A DNA stretch of 64,000 nucleotides from Longimicrobiales bacterium. GTDB lineage: Bacteria; Gemmatimonadota; Gemmatimonadetes; Longimicrobiales; Gaopeijiaceae. Of this stretch, positions 37,339 to 47,190 are shown piece by piece. The notes under the pieces are model-generated. The model worked only from the letters and a program-made list of their open reading frames with translations, was not told where the DNA came from and did no database searches. The stretch spans positions 608,001 through 672,000 of the forward strand of contig OZ241892.1 of NCBI GenBank assembly GCA_965203485.1, written 5' to 3'. The position numbers and the translations under genes are program-made. Position 1 is the first letter of the stretch. Every line of letters starts with the position of its first letter.

Positions 37339-38508
37339 CTAGTCTCGCCGGGGCCACGGGGCGCCTTGGTCCATCGCGGTCACGGGCGCGATGCCCATGT
37401 GGACGAACTTCTGAACCCGCTTGCCTTCGTAGGTCTCGGTCGTGTAGATGTTGCCCTGCGAGTCCGTGGCGATGCTGTGCACTGCGAAGAAGAGCCCCGG
37501 TTGGCGCCCGCCGTCCCCGAACGTCGTCAGGACTTCCATGGACTCGCGGTCCATCACGTACACCTTCATGTTCTTTCCGTCCGCCACGTACATGTACGTC
37601 TGCTCGGGGTCGCGTGAGAACGCGATGTCCCAAGTGGAGCCGTCGCCCAGGGTCAGCGGCGCGATGATCTTCTCCCTCACGAAGCTGCCGTCGGACCGGA
37701 ACACCTGGATGCGGTCGTTCGCCCGGTCGCAGACGTACACCAACCCGTCGTTGGACGGCTCCGCGCAGTGGACGGGGTTGCGGAACTGCTGGGCGGGGGG
37801 TTCGTTCGGATCGTAGCGCCCGAGGTCCTCGTCGCTGGGGGGGTTGCCGTAGGCGCCCCAGTAGCGCTTGAACTCGCCCGTCGCGATGTCCAAGACGGCC
37901 ACGCGCTTGTTGGCGTAGCCGTCCGCCAAGTACGCCTCGTTTGCCCGCGCGTCGAAGGAGATCTTCGCGACCCGGCCGAAGTGCTCCCGGCTGGCGCTGT
38001 TCACGGGCAGGCCGGGTTCTCCGATCTGCATGAGGAAGTCGCCGGCGCGGCTGAACTTGAGGATGTGCGAATCGGTCGGGCCGTTTCCGCCGATCCACAC
38101 GTTGTCCATGGGGTCGATCGCGATGCCGTGGTTGGACGCGGGCCAGTCGTAGCCTTCGCCCGGGCCGCCCCAGCTGTTGGCCAGGTTCCCGTCGGGGTCG
38201 AATTCGAGCACGAACGGGGCGGGCAGGCAGCATTCCCCGGTCGGCGGGTCCGTGGCGGCGCCGATCTCCGTGCGCTCGTTGAGGGGCGCTTGCCGGTGAA
38301 TGACGAAGACGTGGTCGCGCGAGTCCACGCCGACGCCGACGACGGCGCCCAGCACCCAATGATTCGGCAACGGCTGGGGCCAGAAGGGATCGACCTCGAA
38401 GACCGGCGCTTCAACCGCGCCGGATGCCGCCGCGATGCGGTCCTGCGCTACGTAGATCCCGACTGCGGCCAACGCCAGCAGGACGCCGGCGAGAACGGTG
38501 CGCCTCAT
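37339..38508 (-). CDS. Exported NHL-repeat beta-propeller protein
   Basis: FEVDPFWP, HGIAID, YLADGYANKRV, YVCDRANDRIQVF, HSIATDSQGNIY. Confidence 0.85.
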   Translation of the reverse strand: MRRTVLAGVLLALAAVGIYVAQDRIAAASGAVEAPVFEVDPFWPQPLPNHWVLGAVVGVGVDSRDHVFVIHRQAPLNERTEIGAATDPPTGECCLPAPFVLEFDPDGNLANSWGGPGEGYDWPASNHGIAIDPMDNVWIGGNGPTDSHILKFSRAGDFLMQIGEPGLPVNSASREHFGRVAKISFDARANEAYLADGYANKRVAVLDIATGEFKRYWGAYGNPPSDEDLGRYDPNEPPAQQFRNPVHCAEPSNDGLVYVCDRANDRIQVFRSDGSFVREKIIAPLTLGDGSTWDIAFSRDPEQTYMYVADGKNMKVYVMDRESMEVLTTFGDGGRQPGLFFAVHSIATDSQGNIYTTETYEGKRVQKFVHMGIAPVTAMDQGAPWPRRD

Positions 38509-38631
38509 GGGGCGTACTCCCGTGCGTGGGAAGACTTTGACGACCGAACAGTAGGTTAAGGTTCGGGTCCCCCCGCCTGCAAGTCGGCGGGGAGGACGCT
38601 CGGGGCCGGCCAGAACGACTGCGGGAGATGA

Positions 38632-40029
38632 ATGTCCCTTCCAGCCAAACACCTGCCGCTCGCGGCTGCGGCGGGGCTGTGGGCGGCCGTCGTGCTTCTT
38701 CCGGCGCCGTCCGCCGCGGCCGTCCGCTCCTCGGCGCCGGGCGTCCCGGCGGAGGCAGGCAGGCCCCTCGCGCACGAAGTTCCCGCCAGCGTCGTCGTTC
38801 GCGCGTTCGTCAAGGCGGAGGACGGGGCTCTTTGGATCGCCGCGAGGGTGCCGCTCGCGTCGATGCGCGACGCGTCGTTTCCGTTGCGCGGCCGCGGCTA
38901 CCTGGACCTGGAGGGCGCCGCCCCGATGGTCGCGGAACAAGCCCGCCTCTGGATCGCCGACTACGTGCGGCTCTACGAGGGCGACCGTTTGCTGCCGTCG
39001 CCCGAGGTCGTGGCCGCGCGCATCTCGCTACCGTCCGATCCTTCGTTCCGGGACTTCCGGAGCGCCCGCGCCCGAGCCGCCGGACCGGCGCTCCCGTTCG
39101 GCGCCGACCTAGTGCTCGAACAAGCCGTTCTCGACGTGTTGCTGCGGACGCCGGTGGCGTCGGAGGAGTCGCGGTTCTCGGTCGAGACCGCATGGGCCCA
39201 CCTCGGCGTCCGCACGACGACCGTCCTCGGCTTCACCACCGCGTCCGGCGCCGAGAGAATCTTCCAGTACCTGGGCGATCCCGGCCGCATCCGCCTCGAC
39301 CCGCGCTGGCACCAGGCGTTCCTTCGTTTCGTTCGGTTCGGCTTTCTGCACATCCTGGACGGCATCGACCACCTGCTGTTCCTGCTCTGCCTGGTGATCC
39401 CGATCCGGCGCTTCTGGCGGCTCGTTCCCGTGGCGACGGCGTTCACTGCGGCCCATTCGATCACCTTGGCGGCCTCCGCGACCGGGCTCGCGCCCAACGC
39501 GCTGTGGTTTCCGCCGTTCATCGAGACGCTGATCGCCGCGTCGGTCCTCTACATGGCCTTGGAGAACGTGCTGGGCCGCTGCGGGTCGCGCCGTTGGGCG
39601 TGGGCGTTCGGCTTCGGCCTGGTGCACGGATTCGGGTTCGCGTTCGTGTTGCGGGACACGCTTCAATTCGCGGGCTCGCACGTCGTCGCGTCGCTCCTGG
39701 CCTTCAACGTCGGCGTCGAGCTGGGCCAAGTTGCCGCGTTGCTCGTGATGGTTCCGTGCCTGCGGTGGGCGCTGGCCAAGGCGCAGTCGAGGCGCGTGGC
39801 CGCGATCGTCGTCTCGGCGCTGGCCGCGCACGTGAGCTGGCACTGGACGGCGGACGCCTGGACTCGCCTGCGGGCCCACGAGTTCCGGCGCCCGGCAATG
39901 GATGCGGCGTTCGCGGCGGCCACGCTCAGGTGGACGCTGCTGCTTCTCGCGGTGGGAGCGGCGGCGTGGGCGTTGGCGGGATGCTACCGGCGCTTGGCCG
40001 CTTGGCGAACGGGCGGCGAGGCGGGGTAG
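38632..40029 (+). CDS. HupE/UreJ-family membrane protein
   Basis: GFLHILDGIDHLLF, TAFTAAHSITL, FGLVHGFGFA, FNVGVELGQ. Confidence 0.85.
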   Translation: MSLPAKHLPLAAAAGLWAAVVLLPAPSAAAVRSSAPGVPAEAGRPLAHEVPASVVVRAFVKAEDGALWIAARVPLASMRDASFPLRGRGYLDLEGAAPMVAEQARLWIADYVRLYEGDRLLPSPEVVAARISLPSDPSFRDFRSARARAAGPALPFGADLVLEQAVLDVLLRTPVASEESRFSVETAWAHLGVRTTTVLGFTTASGAERIFQYLGDPGRIRLDPRWHQAFLRFVRFGFLHILDGIDHLLFLLCLVIPIRRFWRLVPVATAFTAAHSITLAASATGLAPNALWFPPFIETLIAASVLYMALENVLGRCGSRRWAWAFGFGLVHGFGFAFVLRDTLQFAGSHVVASLLAFNVGVELGQVAALLVMVPCLRWALAKAQSRRVAAIVVSALAAHVSWHWTADAWTRLRAHEFRRPAMDAAFAAATLRWTLLLLAVGAAAWALAGCYRRLAAWRTGGEAG

Positions 40030-40105
40030 CGCCCGCTTGCTCAGCTGCCACGCGCCGCCGGGTCAAGACCGGCGGACGCGGAGCCGCGCCCGGCCGCATG
40101 GCGCT

Positions 40106-40945
40106 TCAGGTCGTCGCGCGCGCGGCGCCTCGCCGGCGGAGCCATTCCACCGTCAGCAGCAACAAGACCGCGAACGTGATGAGGAACGTGGCCACGGCCA
40201 GAATCGCGGGGCTGATCTGCTCGCGGATGCCCGACCACATCTGGCGCGGGATCGTCAGCTGGTCGGGGCCTCCCATGAACAGGACCACCACGACCTCCTC
40301 GAAGGACGTCGCGAACGCGAACAGCGCGCCCGAAATTACCCCCGGCGCGATCAGCGGCAACTGCACTTGGCGGAACACTCGCCACGGGTCCGCTCCCAGG
40401 CTGGCCGCGGCCCTGGTCAGATTGGCGTCGAAGCCGGACAGCGTGGCCGCTACGGTCACGACGACGAAGGGCGTGCCCATGGCCGTGTGAGCCAGGATCA
40501 AGCCCAGGTGGGTCTGCGTGAGGCCCAGCTCGGAGTAAAAGAAGAACATCCCCGTCGCCGAGATGATCACGGGGGTCACGAGCGGCGAGATGAGCACGCC
40601 CATCACCAAGCGCCGGGCGGGCATGGCAGGGCTGGCGAGCCCGAGCGCCGCCATCGTGCCCAACGCGGTCGCCAGCGCGGTGGCGGCGATCCCGATCGTC
40701 ATGCTGTTCACGAATCCCCGCCGCCATCCCTCGTGGCCGAAGACTTCGCGGTACCAGCGCAGCGAGTACGCCTCTGCGTCCAGGCGCAGCATGCCTTCGG
40801 TGAACGTGAAGTAGGGCTCCGCGTTGAAGCTGAGCGGCACCATCACCAGAATCGGCGCGACGAGGAAGACGAAGACCCCGGTGCAGAACGCCACGTGGAG
40901 GAGCCTGCCCACGCGGGGTCCGCCGCCCGAACGAGAAGATGCCAC
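40106..40945 (-). CDS. Polyamine/opine-type ABC transporter permease (PotC-like)
   Basis: SLRWY, LTRAAASLGA, SFEEVVV, TIPRQMW. Confidence 0.88.
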   Translation of the reverse strand: MASSRSGGGPRVGRLLHVAFCTGVFVFLVAPILVMVPLSFNAEPYFTFTEGMLRLDAEAYSLRWYREVFGHEGWRRGFVNSMTIGIAATALATALGTMAALGLASPAMPARRLVMGVLISPLVTPVIISATGMFFFYSELGLTQTHLGLILAHTAMGTPFVVVTVAATLSGFDANLTRAAASLGADPWRVFRQVQLPLIAPGVISGALFAFATSFEEVVVVLFMGGPDQLTIPRQMWSGIREQISPAILAVATFLITFAVLLLLTVEWLRRRGAARATT

Positions 40946-40950
40946 CGGCG

Positions 40951-42132
40951 TCAGCCCAACTTCATTTGGTCGACGCCCACCAGACGGTCGTAGACCAAGT
41001 AGAGGACGCCCACGCCTGCGAGCAGCAGTCCGCCCAGCGCCGCTGCGAGGCCCTGGTTGAGCGAAGACTGCATGTGGTAGGCGATCTGGTTGGAGATGAG
41101 CTGTCCGCTGCTGCCGCCAACGATCGCGGGCGTGATGTAGAAGCCGATCGCGAGGATGAAGACGAGCAGCGAACCCGCGCCGACTCCGGGCAGGGTCTGG
41201 GGCCAGTACACGCGCCAGAAGGCCCGGAAGGGACCCGAGCCGAGGCTGGCGGCCGCCTTCATGTGGAGCGCGGGCACGGAGCGCATGACCGAATAGAGGG
41301 GCAGGACCATGAACGGTAGCAAGACGTGCGTCATGGCGACGAACGTGCCGATCATGTTGTAGACGAGTTCGGGCCGCGCGTCGCCCGCCACCAAGCCGAG
41401 GGCGACCAGAAGGCTGTTGATCACGCCCTCGTTGCCCAGCACGACGATCCACGACGTGGTGCGGACCAGCAACGACGTCCAGAACGGCACGAGCACGAGC
41501 ACCAGGAGCAGATTCTGCCTCTCCGGCCGCGCGTGCGAGATCAGGTGGGCCACGGGATAGCCCAGCGCCAGGCAGAGGAGCGTGATGCTCAGGCTCACCC
41601 ACAGCGTTCGCCAGAACAGGGCCACGTAGATGCGGCGCTCCTCGTCCTGCCGCACGACGCCGGCGCCCGGCGACCGGTCCAAGTCCACCGCGTTCAGGTA
41701 GTGGCGCGCAGTGTAGCGCTGGCCGGCCCTCTGGATCGCGAACCAAGTCGCCACCGAGCCCCATTGCGGATCGATGCCCACCAGCCTCTCCCGCGCCGAA
41801 GTCCCCGTCGCGTCGCCCAGCGTTCGGGCCGCGGTCTGCACGAGCGTGCGCATCCCGCCCTCCACCCGGTTCAGGCGCACGGCGATCTGTCCGACCGTGC
41901 GGTCGCGGCCCGCCCTCTCCAGCTCGCGCGCCAGGGCGGCGTAGGCCGCATCGGACGGGGGAGCGCGCTGGTCCCAGTCCCGCAACGCCGCGAGCGTTTC
42001 CGGCAGGGCGTCCGCCACGACCGGATCGTGGACGCTCTTGACGAACATCGTCGTCAGCGGCGCCACGAACGTCACGAGGACGAATGCCAGAAGCGGCGCC
42101 ACCAGCGCCAGAGCGCGCGTCCTCGTCCTCAT
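40951..42132 (-). CDS. Polyamine/opine-type ABC transporter permease (PotB-like)
   Basis: LGYPVA, PFWTSLLVRT, LPFMVLPLY, AAASLG, GFYITP. Start 42132 (an earlier start near 42170 is possible). Confidence 0.88.
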   Translation of the reverse strand: MRTRTRALALVAPLLAFVLVTFVAPLTTMFVKSVHDPVVADALPETLAALRDWDQRAPPSDAAYAALARELERAGRDRTVGQIAVRLNRVEGGMRTLVQTAARTLGDATGTSARERLVGIDPQWGSVATWFAIQRAGQRYTARHYLNAVDLDRSPGAGVVRQDEERRIYVALFWRTLWVSLSITLLCLALGYPVAHLISHARPERQNLLLVLVLVPFWTSLLVRTTSWIVVLGNEGVINSLLVALGLVAGDARPELVYNMIGTFVAMTHVLLPFMVLPLYSVMRSVPALHMKAAASLGSGPFRAFWRVYWPQTLPGVGAGSLLVFILAIGFYITPAIVGGSSGQLISNQIAYHMQSSLNQGLAAALGGLLLAGVGVLYLVYDRLVGVDQMKLG

Positions 42133-42193
42133 GGACCCGGCCGCGGCGCGACGTTCGGCGCGCCGCTCATGCACCCGCCCGCCACGCGAGGCG

Positions 42194-42464
42194 TCTTCGC
42201 CCGCCACTCCCGTGGGGCTGGTTCACGGCATCGGCCTCGCCGCCGGCGGATCCGCCTCCGCCCCGCGCGTGGGAGCGGGCCTCGTGCCTGCCGCCGACAG
42301 CAACCAAGACCGCTCTGCCCCCAGCGTGCGTGGGCAACCTTCACGGCCGTGCCCTTGGAGATCGTGGCCAGCGCTCCGCCCCGCGCGTGCGTGGGCAAGG
42401 GCTCGAAGGCGGCCGCTCGGCGCCGCCGTGCTGGCTCCGCCCCGCGCGTGCGTGGGGATTACGG
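42194..42464. CRISPR. Degenerate orphan CRISPR-like array (5 repeat units, 61-bp period)
   Basis: Repeat core GCTCCGCCCCGCGCGTGCGTGGG at 42312, 42373 and 42434, a copy with a 4-nt deletion at 42255, and a decayed copy at 42194. Intervening sequences are unrelated. No cas genes in the window. Confidence 0.45.
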
Positions 42465-42538
42465 GCCTCAGCGGGCCAGCTGCCAACCCGGCGTGCCCGC
42501 CGCCGACCTGCCGCCGCGGCCCATTGCCACCTGGGGAG

Positions 42539-43660
42539 TCATCGCGCGAGCCACGAGCTGAACCTCTCGTTCATTTCGTCGGCGTTGTCGCTCCACCAGC
42601 GCCAGTCCGTGAAGAGCGAGACGACGTCTTCGCTCGGCCTGGGCGGCAGGTGCGGACGGATGTCGATGCCCGTCTCCTCGTGAATCGACACGAACTGGTC
42701 CGCCGAGTAGCGCAACGGGCTGTAGGATATGTAGCGGCTGATCGCCGCTTGCCGCTCCGGCGAGGTGGCGAACGCGACATAGTCGGTTGCGATGTCGAGG
42801 TTGGACGTGCCGGCCACGATCACCTGCTGTCCGATCCCGGCGACGTGGCCGTTCCAGATGATCTCGAAGGGTTGGTTCTCGAGGACTTGCGCGTTGAAGA
42901 TGCGTCCGTTCCAAGCGGTCGTCATCAGCACTTCGCCGTCCGCGAGCATCTGGGGCGGTTGCGCGCCGGTCTCCCACCAGACCACTTCGTCCTTGACCGT
43001 GTCCAGCTTGCGAAACGCGCGCTCCACGCCTTCGGGCGTGTCGAGCGTGGCGTACACCTCGCCGGGGGGCACTCCGTCGGCCATCAACGCGAACTCCAGG
43101 TTCTCCTGGGCGAATCGGCGCATGCCCCGGCGGCCGGGGAACCTCTCCAAGTCGAAGTAGTCGGCCAGCGTAGACGGCATCTCGCCGCTGAACTTCTCGG
43201 TGTTGAAGGCGATGATCGTCCCGTAGCGCAGGTTCCCGATGCCGCACTCGGTGAGCGTTCCCTCCGGATAGTCGTCCACGGCGGGCGTGCCGTCGGGAGC
43301 GGGCGCCAGCGCGGACTTGTCGATCCGCTCCAGCAGTCCTTCGTCGCAACCGGCCACGGCGTCCGCCAAGTCCATGTCCACTACGTCCCAGAACACGCGG
43401 CCCGCCTCGACTTGGGCGCGGATCTGGGCCAATCCTCCGTTGTAGTCGACGACCTCCACGCGAATCCCGGTCTGCTGCTCGAAGGGCTGGAACCACGCCT
43501 GTTCGGAGGCGCGTCCATAGGAGCCGCCGAAGGAAACGACGGTCAGCGAGCGCTCTTCGTCTTCGGCGGTGCAGGCGGCGGTTGCGGCCACCAGCGCGGC
43601 GCAGGCGAGGACTCGGCGCGCACGGCGCGGCGGCAACGGGTGGTTCTGGCTGTTGGTCAT
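42539..43660 (-). CDS. ABC transporter substrate-binding protein (PotD/PotF-like)
   Basis: LTVVSFGGSY, WDVVD, FPGRRG, EFALMADGV, AWNGR, with a lipoprotein-like signal. ATGA overlap. Confidence 0.88.
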   Translation of the reverse strand: MTNSQNHPLPPRRARRVLACAALVAATAACTAEDEERSLTVVSFGGSYGRASEQAWFQPFEQQTGIRVEVVDYNGGLAQIRAQVEAGRVFWDVVDMDLADAVAGCDEGLLERIDKSALAPAPDGTPAVDDYPEGTLTECGIGNLRYGTIIAFNTEKFSGEMPSTLADYFDLERFPGRRGMRRFAQENLEFALMADGVPPGEVYATLDTPEGVERAFRKLDTVKDEVVWWETGAQPPQMLADGEVLMTTAWNGRIFNAQVLENQPFEIIWNGHVAGIGQQVIVAGTSNLDIATDYVAFATSPERQAAISRYISYSPLRYSADQFVSIHEETGIDIRPHLPPRPSEDVVSLFTDWRWWSDNADEMNERFSSWLAR

Positions 43661-44775
43661 GCGTCTCTTTCGTCGTCCAGGTTGAGGGCTCGGCAGTCCG
43701 TCGGGGTCCAGCCGATTCGAACGCGGTCGCCCTCCAGCACCGCGCCGTGGCCGACCACGTTGGGAATCTTGGCGATGAAGTCCGCGCGGCCGCACACGTT
43801 GAGGCGGATTCGCAGATGGTCGCCCAGGAACGTCATGTCCTCGATCGAAGCTTCCAGTTCGTTGGAGTAGAGACCGGGCTGAGGCGCGATGGCCACGCGC
43901 TCGGGGCGGATCGAGAGCGTCGTCTCGTCGCCCTCCGCCAAGTCGGCCACCCGCAGGGCGTGCACGACTTGGCCGCCGGTCTCGACCTCGCAGATGTCGT
44001 CGCTCACGGCGGTCACGCGGCCGTGCAGGGGATTGTTCTCGCCGATGAAGCGCGCGACGAAGGAACGCTGCGGCTCCTCGTACAGGGCCTCCGGCTCGGC
44101 GACTTGCTCCACCTGGCCGCCGCGCAGCACCGCCACGCGGTCCGACAGGACCATGGCCTCTTCCTGGTCGTGCGTCACGTACACCACCGTCACGCCCAGC
44201 GACTGGTGAATCCGGCGGATCTCGTACTGCATCTCCTCGCGCAGTTGCCGGTCGAGCGCGCCCAGGGGTTCGTCCATGAGCACCAAGCCGGGCTCGAAGA
44301 CGAGCGCCCGCGCGATCGCCACGCGCTGCTGCTGCCCGCCGGACAGCTGTCCCGGCCGGCGGTCCTCCATGTCGTGCAGGCGAACCAGTTCCAGGGCCCG
44401 CTTCACGCGGCTCCGTTGCTCGGCCTTGCCGATGCCGCGCACTTCCAGCGGGAACGCCAAGTTGCGGCCGACGGTCATGTGCGGAAACAGCGCATAGTTC
44501 TGAAACACCATGCCGATGCCGCGCTTGCGCGGCGGCAGCGACTCCACTGACCGGGCGCCGATGCGGATCACGCCCCCCGTGGGCGTCTCGAAGCCGGCGA
44601 GCATCATCAGGCACGTCGTCTTGCCCGATCCGGAAGGCCCGAGCATGGTGAGGAACTCGCCCTCTTGCACGGCCAGGTTCAGATCGGAGACGACCATGTT
44701 GCGACCGTCGTAGCTCTTGGAGACGCCTTGGAATTCGGCGTACGGGCGCTTCGTGCTGGGGGCGTCGTGGTCCAC
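43657..44775 (-). CDS. ABC transporter ATP-binding protein (PotA-like)
   Basis: GPSGSGKTT, FQNYALFPHM, LSGGQQQR, MDEPLGALD, YVTHDQEEA. Confidence 0.92.
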   Translation of the reverse strand: MDHDAPSTKRPYAEFQGVSKSYDGRNMVVSDLNLAVQEGEFLTMLGPSGSGKTTCLMMLAGFETPTGGVIRIGARSVESLPPRKRGIGMVFQNYALFPHMTVGRNLAFPLEVRGIGKAEQRSRVKRALELVRLHDMEDRRPGQLSGGQQQRVAIARALVFEPGLVLMDEPLGALDRQLREEMQYEIRRIHQSLGVTVVYVTHDQEEAMVLSDRVAVLRGGQVEQVAEPEALYEEPQRSFVARFIGENNPLHGRVTAVSDDICEVETGGQVVHALRVADLAEGDETTLSIRPERVAIAPQPGLYSNELEASIEDMTFLGDHLRIRLNVCGRADFIAKIPNVVGHGAVLEGDRVRIGWTPTDCRALNLDDERDA

Positions 44776-44914
44776 GCGGGCTCGCTTTGGAGTACGCCGG
44801 AGGGAACGAGATGGAACAGGACGGCGGCTCGGGAGAAGGCGGGACGACCAAGCCGCGTCGCGCAGGCAACGGGTTCCCGTGGAACCGCGCAACCAAGCGC
44901 TGGGTACGCCCTGC

Positions 44915-44944
44915 AAGCTAATCTGAGGGCGCGCGCCCCGGCAA
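44915..44944 (-). promoter_or_regulatory. Possible sigma70 promoter for the ABC operon
   Basis: Minus strand TTGCCG-18 bp-TAGCTT. Confidence 0.35.
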
Positions 44945-44993
44945 GTCGGGCGAGCGGTTGCTCCGGCCCCGGCGACCTGTCGAGCGCGCGCTT

Positions 44994-46664
44994 CTAAGGC
45001 CGGGCAGTCTTTCGCAACGCGCTGACCGCCAGTCCCGCGGCCACGACCACGACCGCTCCGATCACGTTGTACCAGAGAAACTCGACCTGGGGCGCCAGCC
45101 GGTTCACGGCCAGCACGGTGGTCATGCCCGCGATCAGCCCGCAGAAGGCTCCGGCGGCGCGGGCCCAGGGCATCATCGCAAGCAGGAAGACGCCCAGGAT
45201 CGAGCCGTACACGAACGAGCCCAACAAATTCACCACTTCTATCAGCGATCCCAGTCCGGCGGCGTAGACGGCGAAACCGCACGCCAACAGGCCCCAGAAG
45301 GCGGTCGCCGCCTTGGACGCGGCCAAGTAGTGGGCGTCGCTGGCCTCGGGGCGCAGCCAGCGGCGGTAGAAGTCGACCACCGTGGCGGTCGAGAGGGAGT
45401 TGAGTTCCGACGACACGCTCGACATCGCGGCGGCCAGGATGGCCGCCACGAACAGGCCCGCCAGGCCGACGGGAAGCTGTCCGAACACGAAGCGCGGGAC
45501 GATGTAGTTGACGTCGCTGGGGCTCTCGCCGGTCACCTCGCCCGCCAGCGCCAGCGCCTCGGCGCGGACGTCCTGCACGGCGGCCTCGCGGGCGCGGAAG
45601 GCGTCCAGAGCCTGCGCGGCGGCTGCCTCGTCCTGGGCTTCCACGGCTCGCAGGGCCGCGCTCTCGCGAAGCGCGAAGGCGACGTCGAAGCGCGCCTGGA
45701 GCGCCGCGTAGTCTTCGCTCCGGGCCTCCGTGACGGCGCTCTCGTGCGCGGGGTTGAAGAGGAGCGGCGGCCGCTGAAACTGGTAGAAGACGAAGATCAG
45801 CGCCCCGAGCAGGAGCACGAGCGCCTGGAGCGGAATCTTCCAGTACGCGCTCATGAGAAGGGACGTCTTGGCCTCGCCGACCGACCGCGCGGCCAAGTAC
45901 CGCTGGACCTGGCTCTGATCGGCGCCGAAGTACGACATCATCAGGACCGTCCCGCCGAACAGCCCGGACCAGAACGTGTACTTCTCGCTGAGCGAGAACG
46001 AGAAGTCGAACACTTGGAGGCGTCCCGTGGCGCCTGCGATCTCGAGCGCGTCGCCCGGAGCCACGGGCAGCTGCACGAGAAGGGTCGCGAGGACCGCGAC
46101 CAGGGCGGCGACGATCAGCAGCATCTGCTTCACGTCCGTCCACATGACTGCGCGGACCCCGCCGAACATCGTGTACAGGACCGTGGGCGCGCCGATGAGC
46201 GCGACGCTCCACAGCAGGGGCCACCCGAACATGGCCGAGACCACCACGCCCGGCGCCGAGATGATCGTTCCGGCGGCGAGGCCGCGCGAGATCAGGAAGA
46301 GGAACGCGGTCAGCGCCCGCGTCCCGGGGCCGAACCGGCGTTCCAGGAACTCGTAGGCCGTGTAGACGCGGGCGCCGCGCAGCAGCGGCACGAGCGTGAC
46401 GCCGAGCAGGACCATCGCGATGGGCAGCCCGAAGTAGAGCTGGACGAAGCGGAGCCCGTCGGTCGCGCCTTGGCCGGTGGTGCCGATCAGCGTGATGGCG
46501 GACAGCTGGGTGGCCATGACGGACAGGCCGACCGCCCACCACGGCAGAGAGCGGCCCGCCAGGAAGTACCCTTCTATGCGGCGCGTGCCCCTGGAGCGGC
46601 GCAGGCCGTCGGCCACCACGTAGACGAGATACGCGCCTACGACGATCCAGTTGAGAGGATGCAC
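44994..46664 (-). CDS. Sodium:solute symporter (SSS family)
   Basis: YFLAGRSLPWWAVGLSVMATQLS, AVMWTD, DQSQVQRYL, AAAMSSVSSELNSLST. Confidence 0.92.
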   Translation of the reverse strand: MHPLNWIVVGAYLVYVVADGLRRSRGTRRIEGYFLAGRSLPWWAVGLSVMATQLSAITLIGTTGQGATDGLRFVQLYFGLPIAMVLLGVTLVPLLRGARVYTAYEFLERRFGPGTRALTAFLFLISRGLAAGTIISAPGVVVSAMFGWPLLWSVALIGAPTVLYTMFGGVRAVMWTDVKQMLLIVAALVAVLATLLVQLPVAPGDALEIAGATGRLQVFDFSFSLSEKYTFWSGLFGGTVLMMSYFGADQSQVQRYLAARSVGEAKTSLLMSAYWKIPLQALVLLLGALIFVFYQFQRPPLLFNPAHESAVTEARSEDYAALQARFDVAFALRESAALRAVEAQDEAAAAQALDAFRAREAAVQDVRAEALALAGEVTGESPSDVNYIVPRFVFGQLPVGLAGLFVAAILAAAMSSVSSELNSLSTATVVDFYRRWLRPEASDAHYLAASKAATAFWGLLACGFAVYAAGLGSLIEVVNLLGSFVYGSILGVFLLAMMPWARAAGAFCGLIAGMTTVLAVNRLAPQVEFLWYNVIGAVVVVAAGLAVSALRKTARP

Positions 46665-46680
46665 GCGCCCAGCGCCCGCG

Positions 46681-46824
46681 TCAGCGGTGGTAGGCGGCCT
46701 GAAGCGCCCAGAGGAGGCCCAGAGCAACCAGCTGCACCAGGAGGACGCGGGTCAGGACGCGCCGCAACGGAGGTTGCGGTCCGTCGGCGGGCTCGGAGGC
46801 AGGGGCCGGCTTGGCCGACGCCAT
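46681..46824 (-). CDS. Small single-TM protein upstream of the SSS gene
   Basis: 47 aa, MASAKP...LRRVLTRVLLVQLVALGLLWALQAAYHR, ending 16 bp before the symporter start. Confidence 0.55.
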   Translation of the reverse strand: MASAKPAPASEPADGPQPPLRRVLTRVLLVQLVALGLLWALQAAYHR

Positions 46825-47088
46825 GGGCTTCGCTCGGTCGGGAGGTCGGGTGGCGCGCGACGCCGTCGCCGGCGGGCCTTGGGGGGAGCCGTGGCGCTCT
46901 TCGCTGGTGGTCGTCGCCGGGACAAGGTGGGCCCGCGAGCAGCGCGACGCCAGCGGCGGCGGCCGCCGCCGATCCCGGGCCCGGAGCCGCGCCGCGTGCC
47001 TGGTGGCCGTCTCGCCGCCGGGGGCCGCGAGGTCTGCCGGCCCGCGGTCGCGCCGCGCGCCTGGGGCCGTCCCTGCGGAGAGCCGGTG

Positions 47089-47117
47089 TTGACCGGGCCC
47101 GGCAACGGACCGATACT
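47089..47117 (+). promoter_or_regulatory. Probable sigma70 promoter of the infC operon
   Basis: TTGACC-17 bp-GATACT. Confidence 0.5.
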
Positions 47118-47190
47118 TCAGGTCTGCAACCGGTTGCGGTGGCGGTCCTGCCCGAAGCCGGTCCCCGCGCAACGCAAGGAGAGAGTCAAG

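Noticed and set aside
44780..44910. Hairpin GGTTCC-ACG-GGAACC in the ABC operon leader as a guanidine-II riboswitch
   Set aside because: It lacks the paired ACGR-tetraloop hairpins that define that class.
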